A stretch of 62,925 bases of DNA, filler included, from Octopus bimaculoides (Eukaryota), in the NCBI RefSeq assembly GCF_001194135.2. It is 3 parts of 3 records of this genome, joined end to end, with 100 filler letters (N's around TTAATTAATTAA, not from the genome) between each part and the next. Parts side by side here need not be neighbours in the genome. Positions count along the whole stretch, not along the records: positions 1 to 30,499 come from NC_069000.1; 2 more parts are not named here. The stretch is one strand, 5' to 3'. The translations under genes were made by a program, and so were the position numbers. Below are positions 14,464-28,812 of the stretch, in pieces; within the stretch, counting starts at the first letter, position 1; the number at the start of each line of letters is the position of its first letter. The notes below the pieces were generated by a model. It had not been told where the DNA came from and made no database searches. It was given only the letters and a program-made list of their open reading frames with translations.

Positions 14464-14508
14464 TAACGGACATGACGAAGACCACGCCGAAACATGCATG
14501 TTTGTTAG
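14464..14508 (+). ncRNA. Decayed minimal hammerhead-like motif
   Basis: UAACGGA-C(A)UGACGA-A-GAC-CAC-GCC-GAAA-CAUGCAUG-UU|UGUUA; perfect palindrome ACATGCATGT in stem III; AATAAA about 30 nt downstream. Confidence 0.4.
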
Positions 14509-15429
14509 CACGGATCTATCAATCTACCTATATAACAATAAATTTATAAGCCCCTATCATTCATGATATACAAAAGCAATCGCTATGTTTGACATGCGTT
14601 TAGAAACTTGTTTCCAGCCTCAAATATCCAACTTTCTTTCGAAAACAAAACGGAAAAGAAAGAAAGAAAATTCTACGCAAATATGAATTAGGAAAAGAGA
14701 GTGACTAATAGTTAAATCATATCTTCTTCCGATTCTAAGATTATTTTTATAATCTTTCCTTGTCATTCGTCTCCTATTGATATGATGTAATCAAGATATG
14801 ATAGCTATTCTCAACATCAGATTTTAACAGGCTTTAGGAAAAAAAAAAAAAAACAGAAGCTAAATGCATTTCGAAGTAGAATCTTTGTCATTATTTCAAA
14901 CGAAATTATAATGAACAAGCGGATGATTTTTATAGCATGCACATATATGCATAAACACACAGATACATACACATGCGTACCCAGTCACTCATACACTAAC
15001 ACACCCTCCACACATATACCAACACCCTCCACAGACCCCCCCCCCAATAAACTCACAGAATCAGTGGATATATATATTGCATTATATGAATATATTTATA
15101 TGTGTATGTGCATGTGTGTGTATACACACAAATATCGGTATATAGTCATATAAGCGTATAAGGTTTTATACATATACATACCCATCTATGTTCATGTGTG
15201 TATGTATGCGTGCATGTGTGTGTGTGTGTGTGTGTGTATCCATGAATGTGTGTGTGTACGTGTGCGTGTATGCATGTGTGTTGGCTTTCTTTGTGGTTTG
15301 CTTTTTATAGAATTTTACATGAAAACCACTTGTCTTCATAATGGTTTTAGAATTGAAAGTAATCATATTCTCGCATGTTCTAATCAAACTGGCATAGATC
15401 TTTAATTAAATTAAATGATGTGGTGGAAA

Positions 15430-16560
15430 TGGCGGTAGCTCACCAGCTTTCTCACTCTCTTTCCTCTTCCTGTCAACTCTGTTAGTTGGGGCACGTTAAC
15501 ACCAAGACATGTCGAATCTCGAAGCATCATGTGGTATCAGACTTCTTCAATCTTTCAATTCCTTCACAAACAAAGATTACCCCGGTTAAAGTTCTCCGAT
15601 TACACTATACAGCACAATTACTCTAAAGCAGGGTTTTTCAAACTTTTTGACTTGCGGACCCCTTTATATTTCAGGCTTTACCTTAGGGACCCCCTTATAA
15701 ACGCTTATGAAATTTATACATAAATATTTGCTTAGAATAACATATAGTTTTACATTTATTTATTTAACAGTATTTAACAAATAGGTTTATTGTCAATTAA
15801 AAGATTTCGATTAAAAAACACATATAAAATCAAATTGCCTATAAAAAGTATTTGCTGTCTACGGACCCCCTGTCTTGTCCTTGCGGACCCCCTGTGGTCT
15901 GCGGACCACAGTTTGAAAACCCCTGCTCTAAAGGATGGAGGTGCATCAGACTACTCACGTGACTTCCTAGTCTTTCCAGTATTGTTCACGCTTTTCCATA
16001 CACTGGAAGTTGCCGTAACAGCTCAGGCAATAGACCAAGTTCCTAACAATAAACATAAACTTTCCGCTAACTCTTTTGCCAATGAAAGTTAGTCCTTGTC
16101 TCAACTGAGCTTCAATCTCAAGAGCCTTCATGACATGATATTGGACTACTATGTAGAAATGTCCAATACTCGTCATTTTCTATTTTCTTCTTATTTTCTC
16201 GAAGGTGAATTACCTTTCACTCCACTTTCAAAGCAAGACTTTAAGTCTGAAACCTTATTATAGATATTTTTTTCCTTTCCTTTGGTTTGGTATGTAGTCA
16301 GCTATATTACAATAGCTCACCTGAGTGATCTACGTGGGGTTTTGTTTCTCAGCTTGCTTTCACCGTAGCAGCAGCGATGTCATCAGTAAATTCACATGTT
16401 AGTAGGTCAACCTGATGACTTTCGATTTGCATTCCATACTTATAAAATCCGAATATCAACTCCGTCACAATCAGTAGCAGAGCAAAGAAATGGCAAACTG
16501 CATTGTGATGCCTACTGCTAAATTACCATGAACATTTTCTAGTGATTAAATGCATTCAGA
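15430..16560 (-). mobile_element. Highly decayed RTE-clade LINE reverse-transcriptase remnant, interrupted by the hAT MITE
   Basis: Degenerate CEFTDDIAA (cf. DFADDIAL), a DxFYYLGS-like segment and a ...RFDMSW segment on the minus strand; many stops. Confidence 0.4.
15629..15925. mobile_element. Non-autonomous hAT (Charlie-like) MITE, 297 bp
   Basis: TIRs CAGGGTTTTTCAAACT / AGTTTGAAAACCCCTG with an exact 8-bp TSD CTCTAAAG (15621-15628 and 15926-15933); subterminal GCGGACCCC repeats. Confidence 0.93.
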
Positions 16561-17254
16561 CAAAATAGCGCCTAAAATTTCGCCTACGCATCTTTCAATG
16601 CAAATATAATCCAATTATTTATGCATCAGTGCAGGAAAAACTAATTCACTATAGTTCTCTCAGTAAGCCAGATAGCTTCTTTCTAAATCATCTGAGCATG
16701 CTCAATGTACGTGCGGAATCTGAGGGTACTGGCAGTTCTTTTGGGAGCGTTTGCTACCACTACTAAACGTCAATTTAAAAGGAGAGACGGGCTTATTCTA
16801 ATAATGTAAATCACGTGACTAGTCATATAACTTATACTCGTGATTATTCCATATATCAAAGATAAATTATGATTATTACGTAACTCTTGGCATTCCAATA
16901 CAAATCTCGTGTTAAGATATTATTCAATTTATTTCTATATATTGCTATTTTTATTCTGTATTTATTGTGGTCTATGAATATATATTATATATAATGAATT
17001 TCTAAGAAAGATTAGAGTTTTACATCCACTTTTATTCAGCAGTTAATTATTTCTTTTCGTTTCTGCACCTACACATAATTCTGAAACAAACACTACAAAA
17101 TTTCCATTTTTATATGTACTTATTGTGAGTGTCCACTTATTCAGGTTGGATCAACAACATTGCTCAGATAGAATCTAAGTGCAACCGAAATACATGTGGT
17201 CTTGGCATTGTTTCAAAAATAGCCTATATATATATATAGCTCTCCTGAAAAAAG

Positions 17255-17506
17255 AATTTCTAACTTCCGGTCAGCCATTGTTATGATCAGCCATTGTTAT
17301 GATCAGCCATTATTATGATTGACCGTTGACTGGAAACTATTCAATTTTTTTCTCCGTGTTTTTCTCCTTGTCTCCGTATTCTTTCTGTTGAAGAGCGTAG
17401 CTCGAAACGTCAAAGACTTTCCGTATTCCCGAGCGTCATACTAATACATCCTTTTGTTATTTACACCACTTGTCCTCGTCTGTTGTTGTTTTTTCGTATA
17501 TTCTCC
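17255..17506 (+). repeat. Penelope-like terminal-repeat family, with a 16-bp x3 tandem (17271-17318) and a hammerhead-like motif
   Basis: Shares CTGTTGAAGAGC.TA.GCTCGAAACG and CCCGAGCGTCA.ACTAATACA with copies at ~28450-28600, ~49325-49480 and ~51670-51810 (those three on the minus strand). Confidence 0.65.
17380..17416 (+). ncRNA. Minimal hammerhead-like motif with a CUGUUGA core
   Basis: UCUUU-CUGUUGA-A-GAGC-GUA-GCUC-GAAA-CGUC|AAAGA: 5-bp stem I, 4-bp stem II, loopless palindromic ACGU stem III. Confidence 0.5.
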
Positions 17507-19505
17507 NNNNNNNNNNNNNNNNNNNNNNNNNNNNNNNNNNNNNNNNNNNNNNNNNNNNNNNNNNNNNNNNNNNNNNNNNNNNNNNNNNNNNNNNNNNNNN
17601 NNNNNNNNNNNNNNNNNNNNNNNNNNNNNNNNNNNNNNNNNNNNNNNNNNNNNNNNNNNNNNNNNNNNNNNNNNNNNNNNNNNNNNNNNNNNNATATATA
17701 TATATATATATACGTAAAGCCAATCCTTTGTTATAGATCGTGGTGAGACCTTTAAGCGTACATTTTAGAACGTGTTATTTTAAATTTCATCTTTGGTTTG
17801 ATATTGATCATGAATAATCAGTCGCTCTACAACAAAATTAAATTCAAAAAGAGACAAATGGGGCGTAATTCAACGAAACGAATGTAACAATAACACCATT
17901 ACACACACATTATTTTGTGTATTAGACTTAAAGTACTCTTATACACATTTGCATTATGCTTGCAATCTCTTGAACAATTTGTCAAAATTCATACAGGTTT
18001 TGTGAAGAAAATTTGGTAATTCTTTTAATTGTTGCACTGCGTGCGACATCTTCAACCTCTTCATTAACCAGTACAAAGAAAAGAAAAAAGAATTATAGAT
18101 TATATTTAGTTTCAATTTATGAGAATTATTTTTTAAAGTTTAGATGTCATTAAACGATGTCATTTAACCCAATCTAAATTAATTATTCATTTAAATTATC
18201 AGTTGGGAAATGAAATAAATTTCTCAAAACATTCCTGTAAAAGAAAGTATAGAAAGTATAAGATCTTAGGCAAAGGGGGTGAGGGCGAAAGGGGAAAAAG
18301 AAAATGCTATTGTCGAGATAAAGACGGTCTGAAAAATTATTTGATTTTGCTTTTCGTAATTCATAAGAGTGATACGTATCACTGAACATTTTGCTTCAGA
18401 TGCTGAAATTAGTTTACTCTAGATCACCCGGTTACCAGCTCGTTTAAGTGAAATAAAAGGAAGGACTCTAAAATAAGATAACATAGCCCGTATATGTTAG
18501 ATAGAGCAACATAGTATCATTGGTTCTTTTTCTAGCTAAAGTCAATTGTAGCGTCTATGAGTGACATAGTTTCTCCAGTGGTATTTTAGTCCATAGTTAT
18601 GCGGTTGCAAAATAATTATCGGTTCTGGTATTTTATAGTTAGAACTGTTATCTAACAATGGGCAAACGAATTACGGTATTTAGTTAGGTCACTGTGTGAA
18701 CTGAGTTCGAATGTCATCGAAGTCAGTTTTACCATTTATTATTCTTGGGTCGATGAAATCAATAACGAATATATTCTTGGTTCGATGTCTAAATGTCTAG
18801 CCTAGGGCTGAAAGAATCACCAATGAGAGTATAATGGTAAAGGATGAGGAAGCAGGAGTCACAGCGGCGGAGGTGGAAACGGTGGGGACGTTTAGGTAGG
18901 ATTGTGTGTGTCTGTGTCTTTTTTAGCCCTGATCGACCAAAGCTATGATCAAAGGCTTCCTAGTTATGACTATTCTGTCTCTATTTTATCGAATGTAAGC
19001 TTTTCGTATTTGAAGGAGATTCAAATGTGGAACTGTACCAGATCAGGCGAAAATATATATTTTAGTGGGTGAAGTGTTCAAGGAACCTACGTTATGCACC
19101 TAACCATATAAGCGAAACAAAATATATTTTGTCTGACTAACGACTATGGATATACATATATAAATATATATATATACATACACATCCATTCGTGTGTGTG
19201 TGTGCGTGTGTGTGTGTATATGTGTGATGTATGTACAGACACGCGCACATACGTATTATAGTTTTATGCTTCCGCTAATTTTAGTCACCAGTGTGCAGAA
19301 GTGTTCGAGCACAATGTTCAAAGTTTTATTTTATAATTTTTACACGACGCCTCTACTTATCGCAGTCTGGTACTTCTTCCATTAATCTATATTTTACTGA
19401 TCGACTAAATTATCATTTTGACTCCGAAACTATCTAGGTTTTCTGTCTGTGTTGTATCAGACACATCAACGCGTAAACACGAAGTTGGAAAGACATATTC
19501 ACACA

Positions 19506-19556
<51 letters not shown>

Positions 19557-19870
19557 GCACACACACACACACAAGCACACACACACGCACACACATTTCC
19601 ACAGATACATATCTTTATACATGTGTATGCCTAGATATATATGTCCATATATATACATATATACATATATATATACACATATACATATGTATCTATCTAT
19701 ATCTATATATATATATATATACACACATGCATACATACATACATATACATACAAACACACACATGCACACAAATACACATATACGCAAACATACATATAC
19801 ATACACACATACACGTACATACAAACATATATATATATATACACATATATATATACATATACATATATAC

Positions 19871-19904
<34 letters not shown>

Positions 19905-20730
19905 NNNNNNNNNNNNNNNNNNNNNNNNNNNNNNNNNNNNNNNNNNNNNNNNNNNNNNNNNNNNNNNNNNNNNNNNNNNNNNNNNNNNNNNNNNNNNNNN
20001 NNNNNNNNNNNNNNNNNNNNNNNNNNNNNNNNNNNNNNNNNNNNNNNNNNNNNNNNNNNNNNNNNNNNNNNNNNNNNNNNNNNNNNNNNNNNNNNNNNNN
20101 NNNNNNNNNNNNNNNNNNNNNNNNNNNNNNNNNNNNNNNNNNNNNNNNNNNNNNNNNNNNNNNNNNNNNNNNNNNNNNNNNNNNNNNNNNNNNNNNNNNN
20201 NNNNNNNNNNNNNNNNNNNNNNNNNNNNNNNNNNNNNNNNNNNNNNNNNNNNNNNNNNNNNNNNNNNNNNNNNNNNNNNNNNNNNNNNNNNNNNNNNNNN
20301 NNNNNNNNNNNNNNNNNNNNNNNNNNNNNNNNNNNNNNNNNNNNNNNNNNNNNNNNNNNNNNNNNNNNNNNNNNNNNNNNNNNNNNNNNNNNNNNNNNNN
20401 NNNNNNNNNNNNNNNNNNNNNNNNNNNNNNNNNNNNNNNNNNNNNNNNNNNNNNNNNNNNNNNNNNNNNNNNNNNNNNNNNNNNNNNNNNNNNNNNNNNN
20501 NNNNNNNNNNNNNNNNNNNNNNNNNNNNNNNNNNNNNNNNNNNNNNNNNNNNNNNNNNNNNNNNNNNNNNNNNNNNNNNNNNNNNNNNNNNNNNNNNNNN
20601 NNNNNNNNNNNNNNNNNNNNNNNNNNNNNNNNNNNNNNNNNNNNNNNNNNNNNNNNNNNNNNNNNNNNNNNNNNNNNNNNNNNNNNNNNNNNNNNNNNNN
20701 NNNNNNNNNNNNNNNNNNNNNNNNNNNNNN

Positions 20731-20803
<73 letters not shown>

Positions 20804-21859
20804 TGTATGTATATCTATTTCTATACATATATATATGCGTGTGTGTATATATGTATATGTATATATACACACATATATTTGTATGTGAACAGATATATAG
20901 TAGATATGTTTGTATGTATGAGCTGTATATAAAAGCATTAAAGCCTTCATTTACCTACAGCGGCAGTGAGGAAGAAATGAAGATTAATGACTATATGATT
21001 ATGTGCGAAAAATATGGAAGGAGATATGTGAACGTGAAGCAGTGCGGCGGTGGCGAATGATCGTAATAACTACAAAAACCTATATTTTATGGTTGGTTAC
21101 TGTGGAAATTAGAACAGAGGAGAGAGAAGAGGAGGTAGAAGAGATAACGGGTAGGAAGTTACTAAAACAATAGTAATGGTACTAACGTAAAGAAAAACGA
21201 AAATGAAGAATTGAAAGAAAAACAATATGGGTAAAATGAGCAATGTTCAGAACAATTACTGTGGCAGAATTTGTCTATCTTTATGTATTGAGAAAGAAAA
21301 ATGTTGCCATGTTATTTGTAGGCATATTACTTGTATTATGTCAACATGTAAAAGGAAGTACAGAGACGAAAGTTTTTTAGAGGTTTATATTTCGTTGTGA
21401 AACAAAGAGGGTAATAGGAAACAGTGGAGTAAGAGAACGTACGAGACTTTTTGTGTGTGGTGGAGAAAAAACGTGATTTCATGTTCTATCACGGATTTGT
21501 TTTATATAATAGCATGTCAGTGTTGAAAAGAAATAAGACACAATAATTAAATAGACATATGGAATGGAATGAAACGCACGCACACACACAACCTCACACA
21601 CACACACACACAAACAAACATACACACACGAACGCACACACATACACATAACCGAACGCGCGCGTACACACACAAACACACACATACACACACGTATCTG
21701 CATACAAACTTGTACAAACATACAATTCCTTCTAATTTTTGCACAAAGTTAGCAATTTTAGAAAAAAAAAGCTCCTTGTCGACTGCATCGAACTCACTGC
21801 ATGACTGCTCCTTTATTTTATCGGTCCTGAAGTCATGGAAACCAAATTGTTTTTAAATA

Positions 21860-21943
21860 TTGAGTGGCTATGGGAGTTGGGGTTCACCAGAATAAAATAG
21901 TAATCAAAGTGTTCCATAGATGAAAAATGGTTGAGAACCCCTG
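21860..21943 (+). mobile_element. Isolated hAT MITE right end
   Basis: ...TTCCATAGATGAAAAATGGTTGAGAACCCCTG is the reverse complement of a CAGGGGTTCTCAACC TIR. Confidence 0.5.
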
Positions 21944-22949
21944 ATTTATTTGATATCAGAACATGTGAAGAATAGCGTCATTAGCTACACGTATAAAACG
22001 TGACTTCCGGTGAGTTCAGTTGCGTTACTATCGGTGTGAGTGACCAGGGGTTGCTTGTGCGTCGCTGTCGAACAAATATTTCTTAAGGGGTTTCGTTTGC
22101 AAACCACCGTATACTTGGTCTATATCCTTCATTGGTGAAAAATAAATTCACATAATCGTATGTGTGCTGTTGTTCATATGGAGATTGTTTCGTCCCAATT
22201 CAGCTCTGAACGTGCTTATGGTACACAGGTAGTAAATGGAACGAATTATTGTAACCTACCGTCTCATTGCTTCAGATATACCCAGCCTCAACCATAGGCA
22301 TATACATGCAGTGTCCGCTAGTCCGAAGGGAATTGGTGAATTAAATTCTGAGCAACACGATGGACACGTTACTTCATAAATCACCGAACGAACGTTTTAT
22401 GTATTCATACACGCACACTCGCACACAGAAATACATATACACATTTATTTGTGTATATGTTTGTTGTGTGTTCCTGAGTGCTCATGTTCAACATAAAATC
22501 TCGCTTGTTGGCTCACCACCGTGGTTATGATTCATCGCAATGTCACCGAATGCAAAACTAAATACTTGTGAAGCTAACGTCTTGGCCACAGGCAGAGACT
22601 TGCTCTAAGGCTGCCTTTGTTAAAAAAATAAAATACAGTTTTAAATATTTCAAAGAGTAGAAATACCAGAAATCATTGAATAAAGTGTTCTATTTTAGTT
22701 ATTTATTTAATTTTATTAAGCTTTTACATTTTATTCATATTAATTTGTCAACCACAAAACGTGACAAAATGCAAGCACTCCACATCGCAGTCGATTTTTA
22801 GAGTGGCAAGGTACCTTCAAACGGCCCAATACACATTCGTGCATAGCCTTTGTTTGAGAATTCAACAATAATAAACAAACGGGAATAAACGACAACACAA
22901 CGTGTATTAACAAAAGGACATGTCTTCGAAATTCTAATGTTCGACTGAA

Positions 22950-23340
22950 CTATTATCATCATCAACGTCGTTGTTGCCGTTGTTGCCGTCATCATCATCA
23001 TCATCATAAGCAGCAGCATCACCATCGTCATCACTACCGTCATCACATACGCCATTATCATATCATCATAAACATCATCATCATCATCACGGTCGTTCGT
23101 TATCATCACCAACATCATCACGGCCGTCATCATCATCACCATCAACCATCAACCATCATTATCGTCAGCATCAGCATCAGCATCACTATCAGCATGAACA
23201 TCATTACCGTCATTTCCTCCTCCTCCACCTCACCATCATCATTATCATCATCACTATCTTCATCAACAACAAATGCAATATGCTTCATCACCACCAACAA
23301 AAGCGACAACATCAGACCATTACCATTCGAGACAGCAATA
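22950..23340. repeat. Degenerate (CAT)n trinucleotide tract
   Basis: CATCATCAT/CAGCAT/CACCAT runs. Confidence 0.9.
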
Positions 23341-24127
23341 ACACAACATCGATCACGTAATCGATAAATTAGCACGATTTATACAACATGCGAGGTCAAT
23401 TGAGCGTCAAGTGGAGTGGAAATTGTCAACAGTTGCAAACACCTGCATAAATGCTATGTCTTTTATATTACTCGGTTATTGCTCGTTCCAGCCAATTGGA
23501 CTTTGGTGGCTTGCTGTGGCACCGCCATCAATTGAAATTAATCCGCCAACGGTAATTATACATATGCATGCACATATATATAATTATACATTATATAAAA
23601 ATAAATATATATATATATANNNNNNNNNNNNNNNNNNNNNNNNNNNNNNNNNNNNNNNNNNNNNNNNNNNNNNNNNNNNNNNNNNNNNNNNNNNNNNNNN
23701 NNNNNNNNNNNNNNNNNNNNNNNNNNNNNNNNNNNNNNNNNNNNNNNNNNNNNNNNNNNNNNNNNNNNNNNNNNNNNNNNNNNNNNNNNNNNNNNNNNNN
23801 NNNNNNNNNNNNNNNNNNNNNNNNNNNNNNNNNNNNNNNNNNNNNNNNNNNNNNNNNNNNNNNNNNNNNNNNNNNNNNNNNNNNNNNNNNNNNNNNNNNN
23901 NNNNNNNNNATATATATATATATATATATACATATAGAATGTATGCCCGCATGTATATATGCATGTATGTATATATGTACATATATATCTACGAGAAAAA
24001 GAAATCTGTGCGCTCTAGGACCTCATGACGCGCAAACATATCATCAACACCCATTTCGTATATCGTGATTTTCATATATGTATGTATGTATGTATGTATG
24101 TATATGTGAGACCTAACGTTATAGGTG

Positions 24128-24603
<476 letters not shown>

Positions 24604-24977
24604 TTTTTTTATCTGCAACTTTATTTCCGTGCCATTGTTTGAACGTATCTGTCTGCCTGTCTATTAGTCTATTAGTCTATTATTCTATTAGTCTATTAGT
24701 CTATTAGTCTATTTGTCTGTGTATGTTTGCGTTTGCGGATGTGTGTGTAATATGCCTATGAGAAACATCCTGTCCTGAGCAATAAAGAAAGCGATATGCT
24801 TGATTCCACCGGTGATTACCGAAATATCTACAGCTGCCTATACCTCAGAATATGCATAATTTAAAAGCATCAACACTTTATGTGAATGCGTGTGTGTGTG
24901 TATGTGTGTATGTGTGTGTTTGTGTGCCTCTGTACGTACATATAGGTGTGTGAGAGGAGACAATAGTGCATCATACC

Positions 24978-25270
24978 TGGCGGAAATTACCGACGCTTAC
25001 AAATACCGCTGCATTGAAAAGTACACCCCCCACACACACACACACACAAGCAGCCCCCCCCCACACACACACACAGATGCACACACGTATTTCGTTTGTC
25101 TTTACGTTCTGAGTTCAAATTCCGCCGAGGTCGACTTTGCTTTCATCTTTTCGGGGTCGATAAACTAAGTACCAGTTACGCACTGGGGTCGATGTAATCG
25201 ACTTAATCCTTGTATCTGACCTTGTTTGTCCCCTCTATGTTTAGCCCCTTGTGGGCAATAAAGAAATAAG
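24978..25270 (+). mobile_element. SINE family C copy with an internal (CA)n insertion
   Basis: TGGCGGAAA...GTTCTGAGTTCAAATTCCGCCGAGGTCGACTTTGC...GGGGTCGATGTAATCGAC...AATAAAGAAATAAGA. Confidence 0.8.
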
Positions 25271-27745
25271 ATACACACACAGATTCATATATACACAGTC
25301 TTCACACATATATAAATGCACAACCACACATGCACACTTACATATACACTCGCCTTATACGCCTAATATGTTGCGTTAGGGATTCCCCCTATCGAAGAAT
25401 AGATTCAATATATTTGAAAGCAGGTGGTAGACTGTATTTAATATGTCTAATGTATCGGAGAAGATAGGAAATTTGTATAAATCGATTTGCACTTACACTG
25501 TTGGTGTCTGATACATTTCTGACTCGCATATGTATAAAGTATGATTTTCTCTGTACATACATAGAAACAAACGTATATAGAAGAGACAAACTCGCCATAC
25601 AAGTGGCATAACGCCACACACTTTCACCAGGCACATGCATCGCAACCATATGTGCGCGACATGGTGATCTCATATCAAGATAAACAGTGCATGACCTCGC
25701 AGGTGGAGCTCAGTTAGAATTTTCTTCAGGTCGAGTAGCCCATTCCGCTCAAAAGGTCCCTGGATAAGGTTTGTTTAAGGATGTTGAGCAAAACACCCAT
25801 GTTTCCGAAGGTGAATTATTCAAAACCCAAAGAATTCCTCTCAACACATGGCTATTATGCTCCCCCACTACTTCTGCTCATGATCAGAGATGTACATATC
25901 GTCAGCCACCAAGGGACATGCTCAACTGGTTAAGGTCAAACAACTGACAAGCAAATCTGTGGTATTGAGCAGAATATNNNNNNNNNNNNNNNNNNNNNNN
26001 NNNNNNNNNNNNNNNNNNNNNNNNNNNNNNNNNNNNNNNNNNNNNNNNNNNNNNNNNNNNNNNNNNNNNNNNNNNNNNNNNNNNNNNNNNNNNNNNNNNN
26101 NNNNNNNNNNNNNNNNNNNNNNNNNNNNNNNNNNNNNNNNNNNNNNNNNNNNNNNNNNNNNNNNNNNNNNNNNNNNNNNNNNNNNNNNNNNNNNNNNNNN
26201 NNNNNNNNNNNNNNNNNNNNNNNNNNNNNNNNNNNNNNNNNNNNNNNNNNNNNNNNNNNNNNNNNNNNNNNNNNNNNNNNNNNNNNNNNNNNNNNNNNNN
26301 NNNNNNNNNNNNNNNNNNNNNNNNNNNNNNNNNNNNNNNNNNNNNNNNNNNNNNNNNNNNNNNNNNNNNNNNNNNNNNNNNNNNNNNNNNNNNNNNNNNN
26401 NNNNNNNNNNNNNNNNNNNNNNNNNNNNNNNNNNNNNNNNNNNNNNNNNNNNNNNNNNNNNNNNNNNNNNNNNNNNNNNNNNNNNNNNNNNNNNNNNNNN
26501 NNNNNNNNNNNNNNNNNNNNNNNNNNNNNNNNNNNNNNNNNNNNNNNNNNNNNNNNNNNNNNNNNNNNNNNNNNNNNNNNNNNNNNNNNNNNNNNNNNNN
26601 NNNNNNNNNNNNNNNNNNNNNNNNNNNNNNNNNNNNNNNNNNNNNNNNNNNNNNNNNNNNNNNNNNNNNNNNNNNNNNNNNNNNNNNNNNNNNNNNNNNN
26701 NNNNNNNNNNNNNNNNNNNNNNNNNNNNNNNNNNNNNNNNNNNNNNNNNNNNNNNNNNNNNNNNNNNNNNNNNNNNNNNNNNNNNNNNNNNNNNNNNNNN
26801 NNNNNNNNNNNNNNNNNNNNNNNNNNNNNNNNNNNNNNNNNNNNNNNNNNNNNNNNNNNNNNNNNNNNNNNNNNNNNNNNNNNNNNNNNNNNNNNNNNNN
26901 NNNNNNNNNNNNNNNNNNNNNNNNNNNNNATATATATATATGGATATATATATATACATGCATACATTCATACATACATACATACATACATACATACACA
27001 CACAACTCATATACCTATGTGTGTCTGTGTATATATGTGTGCAAGTTGTCTGCTGTTAGCTTGTCTCTATTTCTGTGTGTGCGTGTCTGTCTGTCTATAT
27101 GCATGCATGTATAAACTCATACACATGAACATCTTACAAACGCAACCATTCCGACCGAATCAACCGCCAGGAACAGAAATGCTTATGTACTCTATTGTAA
27201 TCAGTACCAATATAAGCACCACCTCCAACATAACAACCACCACCACCACTACCACCACCACGACCATCGCCCCCACCACAATCATTACCAATATCAACGA
27301 CAGCAACAATAACAGCACTATCAAGCATTAATGCCTGGTGGACATCTGCAGACTTCCTGTTTGTCAGTTACGAGTTAGCTGCAGGTGTATCAATATCAAA
27401 TGCCCTACTCCTTCCAAGCCTGCCATGTTAAACACGACATATTTTTAATTTCCATTGAACACGAAGCTCTATCGAAGTCTCTTCTACTGTTCCCTTCCCA
27501 AACCCGTAACAATTTAGACCGTGTTCACCATTCACATACACTTAACCATTTCCCTACATCCACGTAGAATCCATGATAACTGAACTCCGACATTGTCTAG
27601 TTTTATAGTTTCTGCCTCTATTCTGCACTGAGACGTAGTTTTTTTCCTTTTTGAGTCCTTTCCTCTTTAGAAACGATAGATAGAGAGAGGGATAGACAGA
27701 TACATACATAAAAGCATAAATATCTATACACATAGATACATACGT

Positions 27746-27793
<48 letters not shown>

Positions 27794-27819
27794 GCACATA
27801 CACACACACACACACATGC

Positions 27820-28437
27820 ATATACTCTCTTTACTCTTTTACTCATTTACTTGTTTCAGTCATTTGACTGCGGCCATGCTGGAGCACCACCTTTAGTCGA
27901 GCAAATCAACCCCCAGGACTTATTCTTTGTAAGCTTAGTACTTATTCTATCGGTCTTTTGCCGAACTGCTAAGTTACGGGGACGTAAACACACCACCATC
28001 GGTTGTCAAACGATGTTGGGGGGACAAACACAAACACACAAACACACATATATATATATACACATATATATACGACGGGTTTCTTTCTGTTTCCGTCTAC
28101 CAAATCCACTCTCAAAGATTTGGTCGGCCCGAGGAACAAATGTAGGAACGACAGGCATGTGTATTAGTTGGCGCTCGGGAAANNNNNNNNNNCACCTTTA
28201 GTCGAGCAAATCAACCCCCAGGACTTATTCTTTGTAAGCTTAGTACTTATTCTATCGGTCTTTTGCCGAACTGCTAAGTTACGGGGACGTAAACACACCA
28301 CCATCGGTTGTCAAACGATGTTGGGGGGACAAACACAAACACACAAACACACATATATATATATACACATATATATACGACGGGTTTCTTTCTGTTTCCG
28401 TCTACCAAATCCACTCTCAAAGATTTGGTCGGCCCGA
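27820..28437 (-). mobile_element. tRNA-SINE family A, 5'-truncated, present twice because of a duplicated contig end
   Basis: Same body as the 36771 copy; 27888-28182 is repeated at 28193-28487. Confidence 0.85.
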
Positions 28438-28759
28438 GGAACAAATGTAGGAACGACAGGCATGTGTATTAGTTGGCGCTCGGGAAAAACGGAAAAAAGT
28501 TTTTTTTTTTTTTTCGTTTCGAGCCTATGCTCTTCAACAGGAAGGAAGAAGAGGAAATAGATGGAAAGAGAATGAAAAGAAACGTGTATCGTTCTGCGGT
28601 CCAACATGACGATACACACACACACACACACACACACACAGCGGACTGGCTTCATCTATCTAATCGACTCACAAGGCTTTGGTCGGTACGTAGCTATAGT
28701 AGAAGAAACGAGTGTGTCAGATAATGTGAATGAGTCCGGAACCGTATGGTTGGGAGTCC

Positions 28760-28812
<53 letters not shown>

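Noticed and set aside
17271-17318. 16-bp direct repeat x3 (and a 26-bp x2 at 1528-1579) as CRISPR-like arrays
   Set aside because: They are contiguous tandem copies with no spacers, in a eukaryotic context without cas genes.
22798-23375. Met/Asp-rich minus-strand ORFs
   Set aside because: They are translations of a degenerate (CAT)n tract with no splice or domain support.
27017-27331. Thr-rich, mucin-like ORF that could be a PTS region of gene 1
   Set aside because: It is a short (ACC)n/(AAC)n microsatellite without convincing splice sites and lies two scaffold joins away.
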